A stretch of DNA of 64,000 bases from Amoebidium appalachense (Eukaryota > Protista > Ichthyosporea): the NCBI GenBank assembly GCA_963693365.1, contig CAVNZM010000011.1, positions 6,405,921-6,469,920 of the forward strand, in the 5' to 3' direction. Both the position numbers and the translations under genes were made by a program. The notes under the pieces are model-generated. The model searched no databases. It was not told the origin of the DNA and saw only the letters and a program-made list of their open reading frames with translations. Numbering within the stretch: position 1 is the first letter of the stretch; each line of letters opens with the position of its first letter. Below, one piece after another: positions 45,460-64,000 of this stretch.

Positions 45460-46197
45460 GTGTAATGATGTGTTTGTGGCTGTGTGTGTGTGTGTGTGTG
45501 TGTGTAGGGGGGGAGGGGAGGGGGAGAGGGGGGGACGGGGAGGGTCCGGTATGTGTCTGTGTGTTCTGCTTTCGAAGTTGTGTTGGTGTGGTTATGTTTT
45601 ACCTTTTGAAAGGCTTATTGTTGGGTGCCAAAAAATTTGGTTCGTAATGTGGCAAAACATAATCTGAATCGATTTGATGGAAGTTATGCAAACTATGAAA
45701 TGGAAAGATTCGATGCCGTGTTCATTAAGCGTTTACTGATGTGTGTGCGCGTGTGAATGTGTGTGTGTACATGTGTGCATTGGTGTGGCCGTGTGATATA
45801 TGATAACATGATACTCGGTGTATTCTCCTCCTCTGGTTGCTTAGCGAGCTTTGCATGGCGGTGATGTAGAGTGGGACTCTCGAAATTCTTGTTCTCTCCT
45901 GGGGATATTATAGGTGAAGTGGTGTTGCTCTGTTGAAACGGCTGGAACAAACGTGCAGTTGGGTTACGAAAGTTGCACGTGCAAGTTAGAGCTAAAGTGT
46001 TAATTCAAAATACGATTTGTGATTTTTGACGATGTTGGTTATGCGATAGACACGTGATCATATCATATGAATCTGAATTGTCACTACACAAACACCCACC
46101 GCACGGGACACACACACACAGAGACACACACACAAACACCCACACACGGACACGCACACAGACACACACACACACGTGCGCGCGCGGACACGCACAC

Positions 46198-46241
<44 letters not shown>

Positions 46242-46577
46242 ACAGCCGCGAATACACACGTGCACGCACACACACACAAACACACACATACACACAGCCG
46301 CGAATACACACGCGCACACCTGCACAAATAGTACTCTCAACCGTGTTGTATACTCTTGTCGTGTAGGCTTAGTCATAAATACCATATAAGCTGTGAAATT
46401 TCTGGAAGGTTAGCACATGGGAGTTCTATATCATGTTTACCTATTAGGCACGAATGTTCTATCTGAGTAAAATGTTTTCTCCGCCGAGACGCTGTGGGTC
46501 CTCCTCTCCCCTGCCTCCCCCCCCCCCTCCCTCCCGTCCCCCCCCTCTCCCCCCTTCCCCCCTTTCCCCGCCACCCC

Positions 46578-46617
<40 letters not shown>

Positions 46618-47062
46618 GCCCCTCCCCCCCCCCCCCCACGCACACACACATACACACACACACACATAAAACACACAAAACACACGTAAACACGTGTGCA
46701 CACACGTGGAGGGAAAAAAAAAGAAAACGGCGCCCGGCACTGTCTTACACGTGGAGCCGGGTGCTATTTTTAGCTTAAGAGGTTTTCTCCGACCACGAAA
46801 CCACGAAAGGTCCACAGAAAGAAGAATGTCTAGCAGTATAGTTTGGGTACCCCTTTTTTCTTCCCCCTTCCCCCCCCCCCCCCCCCCCCCCCCCACACAC
46901 ACACACATACACACACACGCACACACACACACACACGCACGCACGTACACACAGACACACAGCACACACTAAGTAGCTAGGCCCTCTCCAGATGACCGCG
47001 AAAACTCCACAGCTTCGAAAAGAAGCTTATGTCTTCATAGTTGGGCTTCCCTTTTCTTATCA

Positions 47063-47181
<119 letters not shown>

Positions 47182-47230
47182 GGGAAAAAAAAGAAGGAAA
47201 AAAACCACCACCACCACCACAAAAAAAAAA

Positions 47231-47262
<32 letters not shown>

Positions 47263-48012
47263 AATTTTGAAAAGAAAAAAAGAAACGAAAAGAAAAGAGA
47301 AAAAAAATTACAATCCCGGGAGGCCCCGCTATCCGATATTAGGACGTTAGATCTAAACACCGAGTGGCGATTGCGATCGACACCTGACGTTATATGTATG
47401 GCCACGGCCCTCTGTGTATGGCTCACATCAAACGTAATGCACCAAGGCCTCCTAAAAGTAAATAGCACTCCTATTTAAGAGGCTTGTAACGCACGCGAAT
47501 TTGTTCTTTTCAGTGTGAAGCTTTTTTCCCCTCTGAATGAGCTGTGCATGTTGTCTTTTTCTTTGAGTTTAAGGTCAACGAAGTAAACAACTCGAGCTTT
47601 TTTCCTGTGCATGTAAAACGGCTGTGTTTTTCCTCTGTTAGGATTCTGGAGCACTACAACGGTGCGTCCAGTCACAACCAGATATTTTGGATTTACAGCG
47701 CTAGCTCGGACTAATCTCATTCAGCAAACGGGTGTGATTGCAGCTTTAAAGTTGAGAGTAAGAGAAGTTATAAGTTCACCTGTTGCTCATGGTTTTGTAT
47801 GAAAGGAAGACTTCTGCGCGACGGTCGCGGGTTGTGGGCACACATGCACCAGGAACGTCCAGGGCAATCTGCACAGCATTTTTTTCTTGAGGATTAAAAA
47901 CCATTATCGTACACAAAGTTTTGAGGAGGGGAAACAGCATTTCTGTTCAAGAGAGAAAGAACTGCGTGATTTACTAATACTAAAAAGGGGTAGAGGCTCG
48001 AAAATTGTGGAA

Positions 48013-53407
<5,395 letters not shown>

Positions 53408-53424
53408 CAGTTTTGTGTGTGTGT

Positions 53425-53500
<76 letters not shown>

Positions 53501-53842
53501 AAAGATTTTGAATGTTTTGGAGGTTTTGAAAGTTTTTTTGGTGGTTCCGTTAGGGTTGGCTAGTTGGTGGTGATGTCGTTGTTGTAGTAGTTCTAATGTC
53601 GGGAAGTTGTGGTTGGTTGGTGGTGGGTGAGTTTGTGTTGTTTATGGATATAATGAGTGTGTTGATGTGAGATGTGTTGGAGTCAGGTGCGTGTTTGTTT
53701 GGGGTTTGCATTTGTTTAGGTGTAATGCACTATTACTGGTTTGTGATGTTGGAAAAACACTTATGTGGACATGTACATACACACATGCAGTCAAGCCAAC
53801 CCCTGCACCCCTTCGTCTATACCCACACCCCGAGCGGGCGCG

Positions 53843-53927
<85 letters not shown>

Positions 53928-54988
53928 CAGCACAATAATTCAACGCACAGCCGATGTTTACCCAGATTGTTCTCAAAAAATATTCAAAACTTCCCTGGAG
54001 GTTTTGTCATTATCCTGTGGCTTTGAAAAGTTGCATTACGCATATATCCGATTAATTTGTTCGTACATTTTTGCATTGCCAACGAGTAACCCAGTGCCAC
54101 ATTCGCTAACACCGTGTTTGGATATACAGCTTATGATATACAATACCATGACATCGTTTATTATATCAATCGTACCTTTTTTTGTATGCTCATGTGCATA
54201 CATGTACAAACATTTTATCCGTTGTACCGACTCCGTATACGCATAGGCATGCGCAACATACCTTGCAACGCGTTAGATTATTATACGGTGACAAGCCACG
54301 CGAACATGTGGGTAAATCTGTGTACATCTGTCAGATACTCATTGGCACCCCACAGGCCTGGGGTATGTATACATGTTACTACTTAAAGCTTGTACGCATC
54401 CCGTGGATGTAAAGTAAAATGTGTGTATAAATATTCCTACCTTTTTTATCGTTTTATAAATTTTTTAAACCGCTTTTCTCCCCTGCCAAAACCTCCCGCC
54501 CAATTCCCATATTTGGCAGCTATTCAGTGTTATCGCGACGCACGAATAATTGGCCCATACTTTTTTTTTTTTGAGATTCTGATATTCATACCATTCTACA
54601 TAATATGCCGGCAATTATCTATATTCCTAATTTTTTATTGTTTTCCTTTATTGAATTTGTATGGCTGCAAATAAATTGCAATTGAGCAGCTTGCACCATA
54701 TATGTAAAAAATCCCAACAATTTACCTTGTGTACTGTCTGACCTATATAGTACCGCGAAAAACACATCTATATATACGTAGCTGGGGTTAAATATTTGTG
54801 TCAATGGAAGGGGAATGTCGAACATTATAAGACTCCCATGTGCATATTAGGTCGTTTCACAATCACTGCCACAAACATACACCACCGTTGAACACCCACA
54901 CACACACACCGTCTCGGGAAACTTTCTGATTCGACCGCGGCCGGGACCAGGCCTCTGGGCCTCCCTCCCCTCCCTGCCTCTTTCTTAT

Positions 54989-55020
<32 letters not shown>

Positions 55021-55810
55021 CCCCCCCTCTCCCTTCTCAAAAAAATATATGATAATAATAATAATACTATTGAAGATCTAGAACACCTCTGACCAAAAAC
55101 CCAAAACAAGGCAGGGGGAAAAACTATGTACCGTGTAAACTGCAACTATTGGTGCTAACTTAGTCCGAACAAATTCTTGGGATTCCTACAGTAAAATGCT
55201 GCATCACGCGCAAGACCTCCACAATAGATAGCATGGGTGTACCATATATATTAGGAGGCCTTGACCATGAGTCGTGTCAATTTTCCGGCCCCGAGTCGCT
55301 CTGCCCAACATCTACATGCAGGCAACAGTAAATAACATACAATGCATAATCGTGCCATGAAGTCCCCCCCCCCCCCCCCCCCCCCCCCCCTCCCCCCCCC
55401 CCCCCCCTCCCCCCGCCGCCGCCGCTCTTCTCGTACCCGGTACCTCTCCCCTCCACCACACACACACTTCCGTGGCACATCACCCCAAAAATGGGAGGGG
55501 GAGAAGGAGGAGGGGAAAGGGGGCAGGGGCGAGGAGGGTTGGAATTATTATGGGGGTTGCATAATAGGTGTGTGTTGGGACGTGTGTGTCTACGGGGTGT
55601 GTGTGTGTGTGTGCGTGTTTGTGTCTGTGTCACGTGTGTGTGTGCGTGCGTGTGAGTGTGGGTTGGCGTGTGCTAGTTTAATTCTCATTGTGTGAGTGTG
55701 CGTGTTTCTCTCCCTCTCTCTGTGTGTGTTTGTGTGTGCGTGTGCATGTGTGTTTCTGCGTGTGTGCGCGTGTGTTTCTTTGTAATACTATGTGTGTGAG
55801 TGAGTGTGTG

Positions 55811-55863
<53 letters not shown>

Positions 55864-56364
55864 GTGTGTGGGCGCGCGCGCGGGTAGCGCACCGAAAAAT
55901 AAAGTTTTTGTCAGAAGTCAATATAATTCAGCCGCGTCAAACAACCAGTTGAATAAATAAATAAATAAATAAAATGTTTTTTTTAATAAAAAAAACTTGT
56001 TTTCATGAGTTTAATTCAACGAAAGTGATCAGTATATGTAGGTACCCATATAGGTTTCTGAACCAACCAAATGTACAATGATAGTATGCGGCTCCCGTTT
56101 TTAGTTGCCTGCAATATGGATCCATTCTTTCGAGATAAATATAATCCCTCTCTGCATGCATATGCATGCACTGACATGGTCACATGCGAATGCATGCATA
56201 TGGCCGGCCCACGCTCTGGCCAACTTACATGTACAGCATAGTCGCTACAGGATTTCATACAGTGCTGCAGCACGGCCTGCCGCCCAGGCACGAGCATACT
56301 TATCCCCCCCCCCCCCCCCCCCCCCCCCCTCCCCCTCCCCCTAGCCCCCCTCCCCCTTCCCCCT

Positions 56365-56400
<36 letters not shown>

Positions 56401-57544
56401 ACAACCACCACCACCACCACCACAAAAAAAAAAAAAAAAAAAAAAAACACGCACGTGCACACAGAGCGATCGGGCCTTCTCCAGTGGGTCAGTTGGGAGG
56501 TTACACTGTGTACGGGTGGGGCCCCGTGGAACTTCTGTGGACTGGGTCCGGGAGGGAGAGGGCGAAGTGAAGGTCTGTATATGTGGCGCGGTTTGTGTGA
56601 CCTTGTTTATTTAAAAAGGGTAACCTTTTCAAAGGTATGTGTACGTATGTGTAGGCGTGTGTTGTGTATAGTGTATGTAAGCTTGGAGTGTACGTGTATG
56701 TGTGTGTGTGCAGCTTGTTTGTGCGCGCGCGTGCAAGTGCATAAATGTGTGCGTGTGTTGGGGGGGGGGGGGGGGGGGGGGGGGGCTCTCACCCTTTCGG
56801 AATGCTCTCTCATTCCGGGACCCCTGTACCATCCCTCCCCTCCCTGCCTCTTTCTTTTCTTTCCTCCCTTGTCCACCAACCCCCTCCCCCCTTCCCCCCT
56901 GCCTCTCTCTTTTCTTCTCTCCTTCCACACATGCCCCCCTTCCCTCTCTCTCTAGCTTGCACAACCCATAAACGGGTGTGCATCCATGCTTCATTCACGA
57001 TAAGTGGATGATCAGGTAGGGATGTCTGTGTCTCTAGACTAGACCTGCTGAATTGCACGCCTCACCAGTAGCACACCAGGTCTTTATAACGTACTGTGGG
57101 CGATAGGCCACCCATGTAAAACTGGCTCAAAATGCTTTGATGTGTACCAACGTTTCTTAGAGTGCCGATTCGAGTAAAACGAAAGATGATAACACACACC
57201 CGTTAGTGATTGCTCATGCAGCTCGGAACACTGCCTTCGTGAGCGAAGCCTGCACCTTCAACCCCCCACCTCCTCCCCCCCCCCCCCCCCCCCTCCCCCC
57301 TTCCTCCCCCCCCCCCCTCCCCCCCCCCCCCCCCCAACCTCCACCCTAAAAAAAAAAAAAAAAAACTGAATCAAAAAAAAAAAAAAACTGGCACACACCG
57401 TGAAGCACAAACGGCCGACGCATACAACCACACACACGGACAAACATAAGCTTATGTACGTACGTGTGTTGACGTTGACGGGCACGCAAGCTAGCGCCTG
57501 CATATGTGCATTCGTGTACGTGTGTTTGCGCCGCGCGCAACTGT

Positions 57545-57635
<91 letters not shown>

Positions 57636-57916
57636 TGCGTGTGTGTGTGTGCGTGCATGCTGGCATGTCAGCGTGTGTAAACTTTCGTATAGGTGTGTGT
57701 GCGTGCGTGCGTGCGTGCGTGCGTGCATGCATCCATGTGTGCGTGTGCGTGTGTGTGTGTGTCTGTTGAAGTATGTGTGTACGTGTACGTGTGTGTGTTT
57801 GTGTGTGTGTGAGTGACACTGTGTGTGCAAATTGAAGGAGCCACAGTATGCTAATACCACAATATACCACTTCTGGATAAATGTGCAAGATAAACGAGAA
57901 TATGCAAACGTGCCCT

Positions 57917-57947
<31 letters not shown>

Positions 57948-59436
57948 TTCCACCTCCGCCCCCCCCCCCCCCCCCCCCCCTCCTCCCCCCCCCCTCCCTA
58001 CCCTCCCACAAACAACCACTCCCAGTCTACACCACACCCACACACTCGTACACATCCTTACTCCAAGGCCCTCCCCCCTCCCCACCCCCCCCCCCCCACC
58101 CCGCGCACCCCTCTCCGACACCCACACACACACTGTGGTATGCCTACTAATAGACATGCGGATTCATTTCACACATAAACACAGATACACAGCCACATTT
58201 AGTCACACATAACGAATTGCAGACGGCAGGGCAACCATGCCCCGTTCTATTCAACGGAACTGGCTTCAAAACACATCTGCAGCCTGGGTGAGCTTTGAAT
58301 TACACTTTTTATCAAGACTGGCCCAGTACGTCCTCAGACGGGGGTAACATTTGTTAGCTTTGGGTGGTCTATGACCAGGTAAGGGGACCTACTATCGTTG
58401 CAGGATTACGATTTCGGTTTATACCAAGGCCTCCTATACTGTTGGTACATAGGAGGCCTTGGTGTATACACTCTTATGCACATCGTTTTCGGAGTAAAAT
58501 GTATTTTTCACAACATTTGTGGCGCCGCGGCCGATATACACACTGCGGAGGCTCGGCAGCACGTCATGCAAAAAGTTTGCCCACGTCAAGCCCCCAAGCC
58601 AATCAAACTCTCAAATCAAACACCACGAGTTATAGCCGGTTAATGTCTGTAAGCTTTAAGCTTCTTTAAATGATTTTAAATTAGCCTTTAAATTCCCAAC
58701 TGGGAGATATAAAAGAAATCAGAATCTTGGATCATGCATATAGAAGTAGCAACATTTTATCCAAAAGGCATTCCATTGCCGTTTGAAAGAAACTTGGTGA
58801 CTCGAGGCTCTGTGCTGACAGACTGAGTGTCAGAACACAGAGTTTTTTTGCATGTCACACACACAAGTTCCGAAGTTGCCTCAACGAGCCACGTGTTTCT
58901 CTGAACAGTGTAGTGTTAGCCCTGTTTAGGGTGGCCAGAGTTAGTTTCTGATGCCATTACTTGTTCAATACCCGTACATTAGTTATAGAGTTTCAAATGC
59001 TACTTTGTATTATAACCAGTGTTTGTTGCAAATTTCTTGTTTATAAACCCTTTTATCCTTTGAAAAAATATATAAAACACAAAAAAAAGTAGGAATATAA
59101 CGTGGTACGTCGGCATACCATGTGCTTATCATACGTAGCCAGTGTGTTATAACAATACCTGCATTAACCTGCAGCACTTAAAGATGTATATTTCGACCCA
59201 GCCAACCTCATGACAGATAACTTACCAGGCTTAAGAACCCCCAAGTCCACACACACGCAAGCACAAAGAACGACGACTTTTCGCCCGTATTTCCTCACAC
59301 GCAACGCACCTCTTTCTATAACTGTTGTATAGGAGCACCTAACACCGGAAAGTAAGAATACCTAAGGACAACTCTGCATGCTCGCTGTTAAAGAAGCCAA
59401 CCCACCTATACATTTATAACAGGCTAGAGCTTCGCA

Positions 59437-60180
59437 ATGAGCGAAATGCAAGACAACGGAGACTGGGAGGTCATTTCGCTCCCGCAGCCCACAACCGACG
59501 CAAAAAACGAAGGAATAGCCTTCGTGGGCTCTCGTTCATCCCTCCGACGGAAAAAAACAGAAACAATGATGAATGTGTCGCGCACACTTAGCCTTCCGGC
59601 TTTCTCCCAACCGCGGCTGCCGGGTTCCGTGGATGAACTATTTACGTTGCGGGCCAAGCAAGAACCGGAAACGAGAAAAAGGCAGGATTCTGCGCCTTCT
59701 TTAAACGTTACTAAAGAAAGACACATGACCTCTCCGTCATCTATAAATAGCCTTAACCCATCAACACGAAAAACCCCTCTCGAAGCAGCTGCGTCTTTCA
59801 ACGTGACGAGTTCAGGGAACAACGAGGGATTATCCCCAGCTGACGTTGCGCTTTTGAAAAATAGGAGCCCGAGCGGCCGCTTAACCCCACTGTCTTCCGT
59901 CGCGTCAAAGCAGTGGCGCGCTCTAAAATCTTTCACGAATGAAGTCATGTCCCTTTCGGTGTCTGATGTTGTCTCTGAATCATCGGACATGCTTGCAGAG
60001 GCGTTGTCCATCGGGAGCAGAAAGATGAGCGTTTCCGGTAGCCCGCGAGGGACAGGGGTGTTCAACGAGACACATTCAGAAAATGAGGAAGATGTGTTGG
60101 GTGGCCGGGGGAATTTCAGCAAGAGCAGGGGGAGGAATGTCTCAAGGAAAATCCAGGAGGCTCGTAGGTGGGGATTGTGA
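59437..60180 (+). CDS. Uncharacterised Ser-rich, probably disordered 247-aa protein
   Basis: 744-nt ATG-started ORF in microsatellite-free sequence, preceded by a plausible 71-nt 5'UTR intron (GTAAGA 59352..ACAG 59422). No domain recognised. Confidence 0.55.
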   Translation: MSEMQDNGDWEVISLPQPTTDAKNEGIAFVGSRSSLRRKKTETMMNVSRTLSLPAFSQPRLPGSVDELFTLRAKQEPETRKRQDSAPSLNVTKERHMTSPSSINSLNPSTRKTPLEAAASFNVTSSGNNEGLSPADVALLKNRSPSGRLTPLSSVASKQWRALKSFTNEVMSLSVSDVVSESSDMLAEALSIGSRKMSVSGSPRGTGVFNETHSENEEDVLGGRGNFSKSRGRNVSRKIQEARRWGL

Positions 60181-61019
60181 GGTGTTTGTTGTTGAGACAG
60201 AGGGCACTGTATTTTGAGCTTGAACAAGGCAAATTACGTGCGAAAAATAACCTTTTAGGGAAAGGTTTTGTGTATGACTATTGAACCATACCATGATGTC
60301 GTTCTGCTGGTGGCTCTAATGATAATCGTTATTGGTATGTATGCCTCTATCTTAGGGGGAAAAGGGTTTGAATCGTGCACACGAAAACTGATAACTTTTG
60401 CGTAGTAGGATGTCAGAAATGGTTGTGTTATGGATGATGGATGAGCGGTAGTGATGGCTCTCGATGGTATTATACAGTCAATCAAGAGGTCAACCTACTG
60501 TAGTGTAGAGCCACATGCAGGTGTAGAGTATCGAAGTGGTTGATTGAAGTGTATAGGCGGCAAACATGTTAAAGAAAAAAAGGCTGGCTCCATTGTGAAT
60601 AACAAACACGTCGATGAAAGAGAATGCAACTACCACCAACACTCCACGGGACGAGACATGCAAGAAAAGCATAAGCAGCAGGGTCAGTGTACATGTGTAC
60701 AAAAAACATGCGTTTTTATGTGCACACAAACATGTGGCACTGCCTCCAGAGCCGGCCTTGGGAGCTTCCTCCAAACTGGTCCCCTAACCGTGACCGCCAA
60801 GCCTCAGCACTGATCATTACTGTGGAGGGAACTACACATCGTCCGGTGAACATCTGTGGGGTTACCAGCCTGAGGCTGTGCTGACTGCTCCGGCCCCTCC
60901 TCCCTTGGCCACGACGACCCTCTGAACACCGGTTTTCATAAGGCCGTGCTTAGCCTCCAAGGCTAAGTACACACTGGCTCACGTAAGTGGTCGGGCACTA
61001 GTACGCTGCGGGGACAAAA

Positions 61020-61050
<31 letters not shown>

Positions 61051-61124
61051 AAGAGGCCGCTACTGTAGACAGCACCACGGCCCTCTGAAAACAGAGGACC
61101 ACGACTTATAGGCAACTGTGAGGC

Positions 61125-61136
61125 TATGACGTCATA
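61125..61136. promoter_or_regulatory. Perfect palindromic CRE site upstream of XRCC1
   Basis: TATGACGTCATA ~390 bp upstream of the ATG at 61526. Confidence 0.35.
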
Positions 61137-61525
61137 AAGTCTGATAGTTTGATGGCCCGCCGGTGCCACTGACACAGACGCTAGGTGCGGTGCCATTAAT
61201 GTTTACGTAGAGCCAAGGTAGAGCCTGAGTGAGTGAACGGATGTGGGAACGTAGATTTAGAAGCTGGCAGTGTGGGATCTTAGATTTTGGTTTTGGCAGT
61301 AACCGTTACATTGGCCACAACATTAGCAAGGGGATATCTTTTGAACTGCGAAAAACATACTGAACATTTCTTACACACATGGTCCCATGGACGGTTTCGA
61401 TTGTGAGTGGAGCAATAGAACAAACGTTTTTTACTCTAAGAGGCATTATTAATTCTCTCTGAGAGGAGCAACATAGAAGGCAATTCACTCTGAATTTGGT
61501 TTGGTCATACTCACCAATTTGAAGA

Positions 61526-63893
<2,368 letters not shown>

Positions 63894-63905
63894 GTATGTC
63901 TTCCC

Positions 63906-63936
<31 letters not shown>

Positions 63937-64000
63937 AAAAAAAAAAAAACCGTCAACACCCCTCCCTCCCACCTCCAACCCCACCCCGGATACGAATTAA

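Noticed and set aside
59424-60227. 267-aa minus-strand ORF as a gene
   Set aside because: It has a non-ATG start and fully overlaps the ATG-started plus ORF, which has a plausible upstream intron; probably a shadow.
60805-60980. C/D snoRNA-like stem (CAGCAC..CTGA..GTGCTG) and Helitron-like hairpin CTTAGCCT-CCA-AGGCTAAG
   Set aside because: Box C is non-consensus (TGATCA) and there is no proper CTRR-T terminus or 5' TC end; chance structure is likely.

Overview
Eukaryotic, intron-rich DNA whose non-coding parts are saturated with (CA)n/(GT)n, (CT)n and poly(C)/poly(G) tracts, so nearly all ORFs in the supplied track are low-complexity artefacts. Reading GT-AG exons by hand gives these + strand genes: (1) an SH3 + SPIN90/Ldb17-domain NCKIPSD-like gene (12 exons seen, 5' end missing); (2) a syntenin-like tandem-PDZ gene with no coding introns, broken by a +1 shift in a G-run and probably a second in an A-run; (3) a complete 10-exon cytochrome-b5-fused front-end (Mortierella delta-5-type) fatty acid desaturase; (4) a BRD8-like SANT + bromodomain gene; (5) an unrecognised 3-exon acidic protein; (6) an unrecognised single-exon Ser-rich ORF; (7) the 5' part of XRCC1. 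This gene set suggests a unicellular opisthokont, probably a holozoan (inference only). The most unusual signals are non-coding: a dispersed ~200-bp intronic family with a hairpin head, a CTGANGA motif and poly(C) flanks; degenerate copies of exon edges and a tandemly amplified 3' splice site inside introns; acceptors with (CA)n in place of a polypyrimidine tract; TTAA-flanked MITEs carrying CRE sites; and a palindromic 71-bp satellite. No rRNA, tRNA or CRISPR was found.
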